A DNA stretch of 64,000 bases from Paludibacteraceae bacterium (GCA_017471175.1 JAFUVS010000002.1:14732-78731); one strand, 5' to 3'; numbered from the stretch's first letter, positions 1-9,945 are shown. The notes: generated by a model not told the origin, from the letters alone. Program-made: numbers and translations.

Positions 1-652
1 CTGGATAGCTATTTGGTTCAAGAAAAAATAAATGCCTAATATCTAATCTTGCTTTTAACTTTTATCACAGATTTCAATCATTTCATAAATCAACGCGCAA
101 AGGTACGCATAAATTGCGAAATAGGATAGGGTATCACGTCTTTTTACAAAAATAAATTTTTCACAAAACACCCCGTAGAACGGTGAACCACACATCCGCA
201 AACTTTCACCACCTGAACACATCTTTATTTCACCAAAGAAAACAAATCGACATGATAGATACTACATATTTGTAAATTACTTTACAACCCGATACAAACA
301 GTAAATCAACATCATTAAAAACAAGAAAATAACATTTGTAGTACAAAATAATTCAGCATTTTAGGTTGTTTTACTTGTATTTCTATTATTAACCGAAGTC
401 GCTCTTATTGACTTGCGGTAGAAATTGTATGCCAAAACAAACGGATATTTAAAATCACATCTAATAATCTGTGTATTATCTGTATTGCTTAATGTGTAAG
501 TTTATATTTGTCTTACTTTAATCAGTACTCATAATCTATTATAATCTATATTTTTGAAGGTAATAAGTATATAAATGAATACACAGCATTTATAGTATGA
601 ACTAATTCATATTTGAAAATACATTTTCACAAATCTAAATTGAAAAATAAAT

Positions 653-684
653 TTTGCAAGTGTGAATAAATTGACATATCTTTG
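653..684 (+). promoter_or_regulatory. Bacteroidetes-type promoter (-33 TTTG / -7 TAnnTTTG) for the HTH gene
   Basis: TTTG at 653-656, 20-nt spacer, TATCTTTG at 677-684, 17 nt before ATG 701. Confidence 0.55.
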
Positions 685-700
685 CCGAAAATTTTAGCCC

Positions 701-1159
701 ATGAATGGTATAGAAAAGATAAAAAAAATTATGGCGGAGGAAAAACTCAACGCCAAGCAGTTCACCGAGCGCGTCGGAATTAGTCAGAGCACGCTCAGCA
801 ATATCTTCAAAGGTCGGAACGAAGTCAGTTTGGGCGTGATGCAGCGTATCCTCAACGCTTTCCGCACCATCAGTTCCGACTGGCTTATCCTCGACTCGGG
901 GCCGATGTATCGCCAGAAAGGCAGCGAAGCCGTACAGGACACCCTCTTTGATATTCGCCCCATTGACCAACCAGCCGTCGAAATCTCGGATCCTTCGCAA
1001 AATGGCAGACAATCAGCACAGCAAGAGCAACTTCCCATTCCCCTTTCCATAACATCCAACCCCACAAAACAGAAAAAAACTACCGATATAGGCAAGACGG
1101 AGCGAAGAGTCGAAAAAATCATCATCTACTACTCCGACGGAACCTTTGAAGAACGATAA
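701..1159 (+). CDS. XRE-family helix-turn-helix DNA-binding protein
   Basis: N-terminal LNAKQFTERVGISQSTLSNIFKGRNEVSLGVMQRIL is a classic XRE/HTH_3 motif. It is followed by a Q/P-rich linker and a short C-terminal KIIIYYSDGTFEE motif. ATG lies just downstream of the promoter box. Confidence 0.8.
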   Translation: MNGIEKIKKIMAEEKLNAKQFTERVGISQSTLSNIFKGRNEVSLGVMQRILNAFRTISSDWLILDSGPMYRQKGSEAVQDTLFDIRPIDQPAVEISDPSQNGRQSAQQEQLPIPLSITSNPTKQKKTTDIGKTERRVEKIIIYYSDGTFEER

Positions 1160-1225
1160 ACAGTTACGAAGGATTCCAATCTTTCAATCAATAGTTACGA
1201 AGGAATCCTATCCTTCATCTCCAAA

Positions 1226-1813
1226 ATGCTGAATTACATTATCTTTGACGATATAGCCCAATGCACCGAGGCGGATATAGCCCGACTCAAGCTTCTCGCC
1301 TCACCACAACGGCTCGAGCAGGCAATGCGTTTCAAGCACAGGCGAGGGCAATGGAACTGCCTGAAAAGTTACGAAATCCTCTGCCGACTGCTCCAAACCG
1401 AACAACCCCTCGCCTTTCATTACAACGACTACGGCAAACCCTATCTCACCCAAGACACTCTTAGCTGCCTTCGCTCGCCTTATCGTTTCTTCTCTATCAG
1501 CCACTGCAAGGAGGCTATCGCCGTGGCAGTCAGCGACCGGGAAATAGGCATTGACATCGAATCCCGTAATCGCCGCATCTCGCCATCCCTCATCCAAAGC
1601 GAAATGAATGAAGCCGAGCAAGACTATATCAATCGTCACCCCAACCCCGCCACTGCTTTTATTGAACTCTGGACCAAAAAAGAAGCCGTCCTTAAGCAGC
1701 GCGGAACAGGCATCACTGACCACTTGCAGAACGTCCTCACCGGCAACGAACCCGTCCAAACGCATATCTACGATACATATATCCTCAGTATCTGCAACGG
1801 ATTAAATAATTGA
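1226..1813 (+). CDS. Sfp-type 4'-phosphopantetheinyl transferase family protein
   Basis: GIDIE metal-binding motif and C-terminal WTKKEAVLKQRG (W-x-x-KEA-x-x-K) PPTase signature. Confidence 0.8.
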   Translation: MLNYIIFDDIAQCTEADIARLKLLASPQRLEQAMRFKHRRGQWNCLKSYEILCRLLQTEQPLAFHYNDYGKPYLTQDTLSCLRSPYRFFSISHCKEAIAVAVSDREIGIDIESRNRRISPSLIQSEMNEAEQDYINRHPNPATAFIELWTKKEAVLKQRGTGITDHLQNVLTGNEPVQTHIYDTYILSICNGLNN

Positions 1814-1854
1814 TGACAAATTGATGGTAATTGTTGACCAAAAAAATCACAACG

Positions 1855-3264
1855 ATGACTTATAAGCAAACCATAGAATATCTTTATGCCCTCCAGCCTC
1901 CCTTCCATTTAGTAGGAGCGGCGGCATACAAACCCGGATTGGCTAACACCGAAGCCCTGATGGTGCATCTCAATCACCCCGAACGTCGCTTCCGTGCCAT
2001 CCATATCGCCGGCACCAACGGCAAAGGTTCCACCTCTCATCTTATAGCAGCCGCTCTCCACGCCGCAGGACTCAAAGTAGGACTTTACACATCCCCCCAC
2101 TTGGTGGATTTCCGCGAACGAATACGCATCTCCGACAACCGCAAAGATACAACTTTCTCTGCAAATACCCAAGCCCTTCGACCGATGAAGATGATTGACG
2201 AGGAGCGCGTCATCCGCTTCGTGGAGGACAACCGTGATTTCCTCGAAACCGTCCAACCCTCATTCTTTGAAACCACGATGGCTTTGGCGTTTGACTATTT
2301 TGCCGAGCAGCAGGTGGACATCGCCGTTATCGAAGTCGGACTGGGCGGACGATTGGACAGCACCAATATTCTCCCGCCATTCCAACAACCGTCAGACCCG
2401 GCGCAGCCATCGTTCGGCGTGATGCTCTCCGTCATCACCAACATCGGCTTCGATCATACCGAGTTCCTCGGTGACACGCTGCCTAAGATTGCCGCCGAGA
2501 AAGCCGGTATCATCAAGCCGGACATTCCCTGTGTCATCGGCGAAACGGATGAGCAGACAGCACCCGTCTTCTTGGATGCCGCCAAGCGCAACCATATCTT
2601 AGGGGATGGTCTCGAAACCGACCGATGCCGGATCTTCTTTGCCGACCGATGCGAATACCTCCGCCGCGAACGCCTGCGTATCGCACCCGAATGTCAACTC
2701 AAAGGCGACTACCAGGACCATAACCTCCAAACCGCCTTCGTGGCCCTCCGCGCAGTATGGAATACCTTAATGCAATCTTCTTTCCCCTCCTTCAGTCGTT
2801 CGGTTCAAACAGGCTTCGCCCAAGTCTGCACCCTCACCGGCTTACGCGGCAGATGGGAGGTTCTTAATACCCGTCCTTTGACTATTTGTGACACCGGTCA
2901 CAACTCCCACGGACTTCGCTACGTAAGCACCCAACTGCAACAAATCCTGCGCGAACGGCTTTCTACGCACGCAGACAGTGTGCTTCGCATGGTTTTTGGA
3001 ATGGTGGACGATAAAGACGTGGACAAGGTCGCTGAACTGATGCCCGGGCAGGCTGTCTATTATTTGACCCAACCAGCCACCCATCGTGCCATACCCGCAG
3101 ACCGTATGCTCAGTATATGGCAAACAGCATTGCCTCATACCCAAGCCACAGCATACCCTCGTCTCGCCGATGCCCTCGCTGCAGCAAAAAAAGACTGCCG
3201 CCAACAAGACATACTCTTCATTGGCGGCAGCAACTACCTTGTCGGACAGGTGCTGACTAACTGA
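1855..3264 (+). CDS. folC: Bifunctional folylpolyglutamate synthase / dihydrofolate synthase
   Basis: Mur-ligase P-loop HIAGTNGKGST plus LYTSPHLVDFRERI. The track ORF starts at TTG 1831; I prefer ATG 1855 (MTYKQTIEYLY). Confidence 0.9.
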   Translation: MTYKQTIEYLYALQPPFHLVGAAAYKPGLANTEALMVHLNHPERRFRAIHIAGTNGKGSTSHLIAAALHAAGLKVGLYTSPHLVDFRERIRISDNRKDTTFSANTQALRPMKMIDEERVIRFVEDNRDFLETVQPSFFETTMALAFDYFAEQQVDIAVIEVGLGGRLDSTNILPPFQQPSDPAQPSFGVMLSVITNIGFDHTEFLGDTLPKIAAEKAGIIKPDIPCVIGETDEQTAPVFLDAAKRNHILGDGLETDRCRIFFADRCEYLRRERLRIAPECQLKGDYQDHNLQTAFVALRAVWNTLMQSSFPSFSRSVQTGFAQVCTLTGLRGRWEVLNTRPLTICDTGHNSHGLRYVSTQLQQILRERLSTHADSVLRMVFGMVDDKDVDKVAELMPGQAVYYLTQPATHRAIPADRMLSIWQTALPHTQATAYPRLADALAAAKKDCRQQDILFIGGSNYLVGQVLTN

Positions 3265-6200
3265 TACTATAATTCAGACGCCCCTCGTTTTGCAGGTCGC
3301 GAAGAAAGAGATAAACAGCGCGGGAGATACTTACCTTCATTTGATTGGACAAAGTGGTAACGCTGTCGTTGTGCTTACTGTCTATCAGTTGCACCTTCAA
3401 AGGAACACTAACCGCATCCTGCACGACTTCCGATTTGTCTTTTCGCTTGGTATCTTTCGTCTTTTGCGAAAAACCCTTTACGAGCAAATCACCTAATTCG
3501 GCAGTGGCGTTCTCCACCGGCACTTGAAGTACCAACGTATGAACGTATTTCTTCTGTGCATCCTGTAGCAAATCGACCTGCGTGAGGTTGAATTCATATT
3601 CCGCCTTGTCTATCGGTTCGGGTTTGAAATATTGCCGACCCGCACCACGCTGGCGAATCGTACCCGACAGCATCGCATAAACGTTCTTCTTGAGCATCGG
3701 AGCGAACTGTTGGTAGGTATTGCCGAACAAAGCAAACTTATAACTGCCGTTGTAATCCTCAATCGTATATCGCCCGTATGGATTACCGTTCTTGGAGATG
3801 GCTTGTTCTTCACTCGTAATGATTCCGCCTATGCGAATAGGTTCTTTGGAGTGTTGCAATATCCATTCGTTAGGGTTGATGGATTGTGATGCGTCTTCTA
3901 CGGTAGAACTATCATCATCATCGGTAGGAAGCGAATCGGACGCATTATCGCCTGCGGAAGAGGTCTCGGCGGCGCGAGCGGCAGCAGCGCGAGACTCGGG
4001 ACTACGCCAACCGTCAAAACGTTGCATATCCTCGCAAGTGAGCGTAGTCAGGTGCTGCATCTCAAATTCGTATTCGTCCAACGGATGCGCCGACAGGTAG
4101 ATACCGATCAAATCTTTCTCCTTGTTCAGCCGCTCGATAGGCGACATACGCGGAATAGAAAGCGGCATTTCCGGTTTGGCTATCGTTACCTCACTACCTG
4201 CCATATCGCCGAATAGCGAATTGCGCTGCAACTGACGATCCTGCTGGTACATATTGCCGTAACGGATCAGGGCATCCAACACGTATTCGCCACGATCGTT
4301 AATACCCAATAGTTGCTCACGATAAACATCTGTAAAGCAGTCGAAAGCACCACCCGTAACAAGCCATTCCAACGTCTTGCGGTTGCACGATTGCAGATTG
4401 ACACGCTCTACGAAATCATATACCGACTGATACTTGCCGTTCTTCTTCCGTTCCTCAAGAATAGCCTCCACGGCTCCTTCGCCGACACCCTTGATGCCGC
4501 CCAAACCGAAACGTATATCCCCTTGCTTATTGACCGTGAAGTTCATTTCCGATTCGTTCACATCGGGTTCTAATACTTTAATATGCAGAGCCTTGCACTC
4601 GTCCATAAACTTCGTTACCTCCTTGATGTCGTCTTTGGAGATGGTCAGGTTGGCTGCCATAAACTCGGCAGGGTAGTGAGCTTTCAGATAGCCCGTTTGG
4701 TAAGCTACCCACGAGTAGCAGGCTGCGTGCGACTTATTGAACGCATACGAAGCAAAAGCTTCCCAGTCTTTCCATATCTTGTCCAAGATCTTCTCGTCGT
4801 GACCGTTGGCTTTGCCGCCGTCCATAAACTTACCCTTCAGTTCCTGCAGCACTGCCATCTGCTTCTTACCCATCGCCTTACGTAGTTTATCGCTCTCGCC
4901 ACGCGTGAAATTGGCAAGCAATCGGCTCAATAGCATCACCTGCTCCTGATAGACGGTTACGCCGTAGGTGTCCTTCAGGTACTTCTCCATCACGGGGATG
5001 TCGTAGGTAACAGGCTCTTCGCCGTGTTTGCGGCGGATGAACTGCGGGATATACTGCATCGGTCCGGGACGATAGAGGGCGTTCATCGCTATCAAATCGC
5101 CTATGACGGTCGGACGTAACTCTTTGAGATACTTCTGCATACCGGCACTCTCAAATTGGAACACGGCTACCGTTCTGCCTTCTTGGAACAGACGGTACGT
5201 GTCCGCATCGTCCAACGGGATATGGTCAATATCCACTTCTTCGCCTCGTGCCTTGCGGATATTATCCAAACATTCGCGTATGATAGTCAGCGTTTTCAGA
5301 CCGAGGAAGTCCATCTTAATCAATCCCACGGACTCCACCACGTGGCCGTCGTATTCAGTTACTAATACGCGTTTCTTCTCCTGCTTGTCTTCGATGCTGC
5401 TGAGCGGCGCAAACTTAGTCAAGTCATCGGCTCCGATAATCACACCGCAGGCGTGGATGCCTACTTGACGAATCGTGCCTTCCAACTGCTGCGCATAGGT
5501 CAGCATTGAACGGATTTCGGGTTCACCCTCCTCGTACATCTTCTTCAATTCAGGCACGTACTTGTAGCAGTTCTTCAGATTGACTTTCGGCGACTTGCCT
5601 TTCTCGTCCTTCACGTTGTCGGGGAAGCCTCGGTCGGGGATAAGAGCTTTGATTTGGTTGACCACGGGCAACGGTATGCCGTGCAACCGACCTACATCGG
5701 CTATGGCGGACTTGGCTGCCATCACGCCGTAGGTGATAATATGTGCCACATGCGTCTCGCCGTATTTTTGGCTTACCCAATCCAAAACGCGACCGCGACC
5801 CGCATCGTCAAAGTCGGTATCTATATCAGGCAGCGATATACGGTCGGGATTGAGGAAACGCTCAAACAGAAGGTCGTATCTAAGTGGGTCTAAATCGGTG
5901 ATATGCAAGCAGTAAGCCACCACGCTACCGGCAGCACTGCCACGCCCCGGACCTACGCTCACGCCCAATTCTTCGCGCGCACCGCGTATGAAGTCCATCA
6001 CGATAAGGAAGTACCCGGGGAAACCCATTGACTTCATCGTATGCAACTCAAAGCGGATACGTTCTTTCAGTTCTTCGTCCGTTTCAAGCCGCTCTTTTCC
6101 GTATCGTTTTTCCGCCCCTTGCATCGTCAGGTACTCGAGGTAGTCGGCTTCCAACTTGATGCGGTACAGTTTGTCGATGCCGCCCATCTTTTTCACTTTC

Positions 6201-7282
6201 TTCTGTGCGGCTTTCTCGTCCATCACCACCTCGCCGTTCTCATTGCGGGTGAACTCGTCGAAGAGTTGCTGCTCGGTGAAACGCTGCCGATAGCTCTCTT
6301 CTGTACCAAATGATTCGGGGATAGAGAACTTCGGCATAATCGGATCGGAGTCAATATCATAAACTTCCACCTTGTCGGCTATCTCCTGCGTATTGGCTAT
6401 GGCTTCAGGGATGTCAGCGAAGATGGCAGCCATCTCTTCGGGTGTCTTGAGCCATTCCTGCTTGGTGTAGTGCAAGCGGTCAGGGTCATCGAACTTCGCG
6501 CCCGTACTGATACATAGCAGTCGGTCGTGTGCCTCGGCGTGTTCTTCCTCCACAAAGTGTACGTCATTGGTTGCTATGAGTTTGACATCGTATTTGCGTG
6601 CCAAGTCAATCAGCACGGGATTGACCTTCATCTGTGCCTGATACACATCCTGATTGCCGTTGGGCTTATCGGTCTGATGGCGTTGTAACTCAAGGTAATA
6701 ATCGTCCCCGAACAGGCTCTTGAACCATTGTACTGACTCTTCAGCACCCTGTATATCGCCGTAGTTGATTTTGCGAGCCACCTCGCCTGCCAAGCAGGCG
6801 GACGAACAAATCAGTCCTTCGTGGTATTGTTCCAATAGTTCGTGGTCGATACGCGGTGTATGATAGTAGGCATCGTCCATAAAACCTTCGCTCACCAAGT
6901 GGCAGAGGTTATGGTAGCCTTGCATATTCTTGGCAAGCAGAATCAAGTGCCAGCCGGAGCGGTCGATGTTGTATTTCTTGCCGTTAGGCGCGGTAGCTTC
7001 TTCGTTCGTTTTGCTCTTTCTGCCTCTACGTGCGCAATAGACCTCGCAACCTACGATGGGTTTGAAGACACACAGGGTAGGGTCGCCGGCTTCCTCTTGG
7101 GCTTTCTTATTGACTTTCTTGCTGTAATCCAACAATTCCTTGATACCATACATATTGCCATGATCGGTAAGGGCAAGAGCCGTCATACCGGTGCGCAGGC
7201 ATTTGTCAACAAGGTCGGGTACTTTGGACATACCGTCCAAGATGGAGTAGTGGCTATGGACGTGGAGGTGGATAAATGGCAT
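3257..7282 (-). CDS. dnaE: DNA polymerase III alpha subunit
   Basis: 1341 aa with N-terminal PHP domain MPFIHLHVHSHYSILDG. Polymerase core and OB-fold regions are recognisable throughout. Confidence 0.97.
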   Translation of the reverse strand: MPFIHLHVHSHYSILDGMSKVPDLVDKCLRTGMTALALTDHGNMYGIKELLDYSKKVNKKAQEEAGDPTLCVFKPIVGCEVYCARRGRKSKTNEEATAPNGKKYNIDRSGWHLILLAKNMQGYHNLCHLVSEGFMDDAYYHTPRIDHELLEQYHEGLICSSACLAGEVARKINYGDIQGAEESVQWFKSLFGDDYYLELQRHQTDKPNGNQDVYQAQMKVNPVLIDLARKYDVKLIATNDVHFVEEEHAEAHDRLLCISTGAKFDDPDRLHYTKQEWLKTPEEMAAIFADIPEAIANTQEIADKVEVYDIDSDPIMPKFSIPESFGTEESYRQRFTEQQLFDEFTRNENGEVVMDEKAAQKKVKKMGGIDKLYRIKLEADYLEYLTMQGAEKRYGKERLETDEELKERIRFELHTMKSMGFPGYFLIVMDFIRGAREELGVSVGPGRGSAAGSVVAYCLHITDLDPLRYDLLFERFLNPDRISLPDIDTDFDDAGRGRVLDWVSQKYGETHVAHIITYGVMAAKSAIADVGRLHGIPLPVVNQIKALIPDRGFPDNVKDEKGKSPKVNLKNCYKYVPELKKMYEEGEPEIRSMLTYAQQLEGTIRQVGIHACGVIIGADDLTKFAPLSSIEDKQEKKRVLVTEYDGHVVESVGLIKMDFLGLKTLTIIRECLDNIRKARGEEVDIDHIPLDDADTYRLFQEGRTVAVFQFESAGMQKYLKELRPTVIGDLIAMNALYRPGPMQYIPQFIRRKHGEEPVTYDIPVMEKYLKDTYGVTVYQEQVMLLSRLLANFTRGESDKLRKAMGKKQMAVLQELKGKFMDGGKANGHDEKILDKIWKDWEAFASYAFNKSHAACYSWVAYQTGYLKAHYPAEFMAANLTISKDDIKEVTKFMDECKALHIKVLEPDVNESEMNFTVNKQGDIRFGLGGIKGVGEGAVEAILEERKKNGKYQSVYDFVERVNLQSCNRKTLEWLVTGGAFDCFTDVYREQLLGINDRGEYVLDALIRYGNMYQQDRQLQRNSLFGDMAGSEVTIAKPEMPLSIPRMSPIERLNKEKDLIGIYLSAHPLDEYEFEMQHLTTLTCEDMQRFDGWRSPESRAAAARAAETSSAGDNASDSLPTDDDDSSTVEDASQSINPNEWILQHSKEPIRIGGIITSEEQAISKNGNPYGRYTIEDYNGSYKFALFGNTYQQFAPMLKKNVYAMLSGTIRQRGAGRQYFKPEPIDKAEYEFNLTQVDLLQDAQKKYVHTLVLQVPVENATAELGDLLVKGFSQKTKDTKRKDKSEVVQDAVSVPLKVQLIDSKHNDSVTTLSNQMKVSISRAVYLFLRDLQNEGRLNYSIS

Positions 7283-7344
7283 ACGATTAAAGATGAAAGA
7301 TTAAAGATAAAAGAGATAAAAGATTAAAGATGAAAGATTAAAGT
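7283..7344 (-). repeat. Short tandem-word spacer between lon stop and dnaE start, nearly G-free on the sense strand
   Basis: The 22-nt exact direct repeat gattaaagatgaaagattaaag occurs at 7285-7306 and 7322-7343. The plus strand has a single C, so the sense (minus) strand has a single G. Confidence 0.8.
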
Positions 7345-9843
7345 TTAAAGCAGTGCATAATCAATCACTTCGTGGATATCGCTTACGTAGTGGAACGTCA
7401 GTCCCGACAAGTACTGTTCGGGTATTTCGGCAACGTCTTTTTGGTTGTCCTTGCATAGAATCAAGTCGGTTATACCCGCTCGTTTGGCTGCAAGGATTTT
7501 TTCTTTTACGCCGCCGATGGGCAGTACCTTGCCGCGCAGCGTCATCTCGCCCGTCATAGCGATTCGCGGACGCACCTTGCGGCGTGTGAACGCCGACACA
7601 AGTGCCGTAGTCATCGTGATGCCTGCCGACGGCCCGTCTTTGGGGATGGCTCCTTCGGGTACATGGACATGAACGGCTTGTGTTTCAATATCTTTGCGCG
7701 CTATGTGCCAGTCGTCCGCATGCGACTTGATGTACGCCAAAGCGATGGTGGCACTCTCTTTCATCACATCGCCAAGATTGCCTGTCAAGGTGAGAGTAGG
7801 TTGCTTGGAAGGCGATAAGGAAGACTCTATAAATAGTATCTCGCCGCCGACTTGTGTCCAAGCCAAACCGGTAACGACACCTATGTAGTCGTTGTTCTCG
7901 TACATATCGCGCGTATAACGCGGTTTGCCGAGATACGTCTCTATATCAGAAGGCGTTAGGTCGATGTGGTAGGGCTGATTAAAGGCTATTTGCGTAATCA
8001 CTTTGCGACAGAGAGCAGCCACTTGTCGTTCGAGGTTACGCACGCCCGACTCGCGCGTATAGTGCTCAATGAGATAGTCGATGGCTTCCTTATTAAGTCG
8101 CATCTGTTGGTCGGTCAGCGCGTGTTCAGCGAGTTGTTTGGGCAGGATATGCCGCTCTACGATGGCTTCTTTTTCTTCCATCAGATAGCCGGTCATCTCG
8201 ATGAGTTCCATACGGTCAAGTAGGGGGCGCGGTATCGTTTCGAGCGAGTTAGCAGTGGCTATGAAGAGCACTTGACTGAGGTCGTAGTCGATGTCTATGT
8301 AGTTGTCGTGAAAGGTGCTGTTCTGCTCAGGATCAAGCACTTCAAGCAGTGCCGAGGTGGGGTCGCCCTTGTAATCTGCCCCGATCTTATCTATCTCGTC
8401 CAAGACAAAAACGGGATTGGAAGTCTTGCACTTGCGCAGGTTCTCTATCACGCGTCCGGGCATAGCACCGATGTAGGTTCTTCTGTGTCCCCGTATCTCT
8501 GCTTCGTCATGCAGACCGCCCAGCGATATACGTGCATACTTGCGACCCAAGGCGCGCGCTATGGATTTGCCCAACGAAGTCTTGCCCACGCCCGGAGGAC
8601 CATACAGACAGAGAATAGGAGACTTGAGGTTGAAGTTCTGCTGGCGGGTTAGGGATTGTTTTTGCTTCTGAACGGCGAGATACTCCACGATGCGCTCCTT
8701 TACTTTTTCCATTCCAAAGTGGTCTTCTTCAAGCACTTGCTGTGCGTGTGGAAGATCAAAATTGTCGGTGGAGTATTCGTTCCACGGCAGGTCAAGTAAC
8801 GTTTCAAGGTAGTTTTGCTGCATAGCGTACTCGGGCGAATGCGTACCCATACGTTGCAGTTTCTTGAGTTCATCCTCAAACCGTTTTTTCGTTTCTTCGT
8901 TCCATTTCTTTTCTGCGGCACGCTTCTTCATTTCGCCCGCTACTTGCTCCCCGGTGTCGCCCAGTTCTTTTTGGATGGTTTCGAGTTGGTGTTGGAGGTA
9001 GTATTCGCGCTGGTTCTTCGAGATCTCTTGGTTGGTCTTGTTCTGTATTTCCGCTTTCATATCCAGCATCTCCACCTCTTTCTGAAAGCGTTTGAGCAGT
9101 TCCTCAGTCCTTTCTTTTAAGGTTTCGATAGCGAGCAGTTGCTGCTTGTCTGCTATGGAGAAACCGAAATTGACACAAAGGTAATTGACGAGGGTGGGGG
9201 CATTGTTGATATTACGAATAGCCATCCCTGCTTCCACGGAAAAGCCTTCGCTCTGCTGCATCACGCGCATTGCCTGTTCGCGCAGCGTATAAACATTTTG
9301 AAGGAAGGCTTGGTCGTTGTTATCAGGCAGTACCTCGGGGTGGGGTACAACCCGCGCAAACAAAGGTCTTTTCTCCGAGTTTTCATTGTTTTTAGACTTA
9401 TCAGAGATTTCGGAATTTTCGGTTAGTCCTGCGTATCCTAATTGTTCAGAATTTTCTGATTGTTCGGAGTATTCAGATTGTTCAGAATTTTTCGGAAGTT
9501 CGGAGTATCCTGATTGTTCTGAATTTTTAGGTAACTCTGACAGGTCTTGTATAAACGATTGTATTTCAATACGTTCTTCGCCCTCAAGGACAATATTGAG
9601 ACTTCCGTTTTTGTTTTTGGATGTGCGTATTACGCGCGCGCACGTACCTAATGTATATAGGTCTTGTGGAGTAGGATCGTTGATTTCTTTTTTCTTTTGG
9701 CAGCACACGGCGAGCAGTTTATTTTCCCGCTGCGCATCTAAGACCATTTGCTTCGATTGTTCGCGCGTCACATTCACGCCGAGCAACACGCCCGGAAACA
9801 GCACCATATTCTTTAGCGGCAATACACCTAATATTTCGTCCAT
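7345..9843 (-). CDS. lon: ATP-dependent Lon protease
   Basis: 832 aa with Walker A GPPGVGKTSLGKS and protease active-site region PKDGPSAGITM. N-terminal LON domain starts MDEILGVLPLKNMVLFPGV. Confidence 0.97.
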   Translation of the reverse strand: MDEILGVLPLKNMVLFPGVLLGVNVTREQSKQMVLDAQRENKLLAVCCQKKKEINDPTPQDLYTLGTCARVIRTSKNKNGSLNIVLEGEERIEIQSFIQDLSELPKNSEQSGYSELPKNSEQSEYSEQSENSEQLGYAGLTENSEISDKSKNNENSEKRPLFARVVPHPEVLPDNNDQAFLQNVYTLREQAMRVMQQSEGFSVEAGMAIRNINNAPTLVNYLCVNFGFSIADKQQLLAIETLKERTEELLKRFQKEVEMLDMKAEIQNKTNQEISKNQREYYLQHQLETIQKELGDTGEQVAGEMKKRAAEKKWNEETKKRFEDELKKLQRMGTHSPEYAMQQNYLETLLDLPWNEYSTDNFDLPHAQQVLEEDHFGMEKVKERIVEYLAVQKQKQSLTRQQNFNLKSPILCLYGPPGVGKTSLGKSIARALGRKYARISLGGLHDEAEIRGHRRTYIGAMPGRVIENLRKCKTSNPVFVLDEIDKIGADYKGDPTSALLEVLDPEQNSTFHDNYIDIDYDLSQVLFIATANSLETIPRPLLDRMELIEMTGYLMEEKEAIVERHILPKQLAEHALTDQQMRLNKEAIDYLIEHYTRESGVRNLERQVAALCRKVITQIAFNQPYHIDLTPSDIETYLGKPRYTRDMYENNDYIGVVTGLAWTQVGGEILFIESSLSPSKQPTLTLTGNLGDVMKESATIALAYIKSHADDWHIARKDIETQAVHVHVPEGAIPKDGPSAGITMTTALVSAFTRRKVRPRIAMTGEMTLRGKVLPIGGVKEKILAAKRAGITDLILCKDNQKDVAEIPEQYLSGLTFHYVSDIHEVIDYALL
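9370..9543 (-). repeat. In-frame 36-bp (12-aa) tandem repeat insertion within lon
   Basis: Four consecutive units encode SELPKNSEQSGY / SELPKNSEQSEY / SEQSENSEQLGY / AGLTENSEISDK, followed by SKNNENSEK (aa ~101-158). Confidence 0.85.
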
Positions 9844-9888
9844 CGTTATGTCCTCGTTTTTAGTCTTCTATTACCTTGTTTTTATTCT

Positions 9889-9896
9889 CAAATTTA
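9889..9896 (-). promoter_or_regulatory. Candidate -7 box (TAAATTTG) for lon
   Basis: Plus-strand caaattta is TAAATTTG on the minus strand, ~45 nt upstream of the lon ATG. No clean -33 TTTG was seen. Confidence 0.35.
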
Positions 9897-9945
9897 CCCA
9901 CAATTATTCCATATTTTATTCTTCCATTTTATCGTAACCAATTAA

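Noticed and set aside
1-652. AT-rich region as a chromosomal replication origin
   Set aside because: There is no cluster of DnaA-box-like 9-mers (TTATCCACA or close variants), only one weak match (ttatcacag). No dnaA/dnaN neighbourhood is visible.
9848-9937. 29-aa hydrophobic small ORF (MSSFLVFYYLVFILKFTHNYSIFYSSILS) divergent from lon. Similar doubtful ORFs are 16206-16391 and 18802-19017.
   Set aside because: They lie in T-rich promoter or terminator DNA and overlap predicted hairpins or promoter boxes. They have no recognisable motifs or upstream promoter boxes, so they are most likely chance ORFs.
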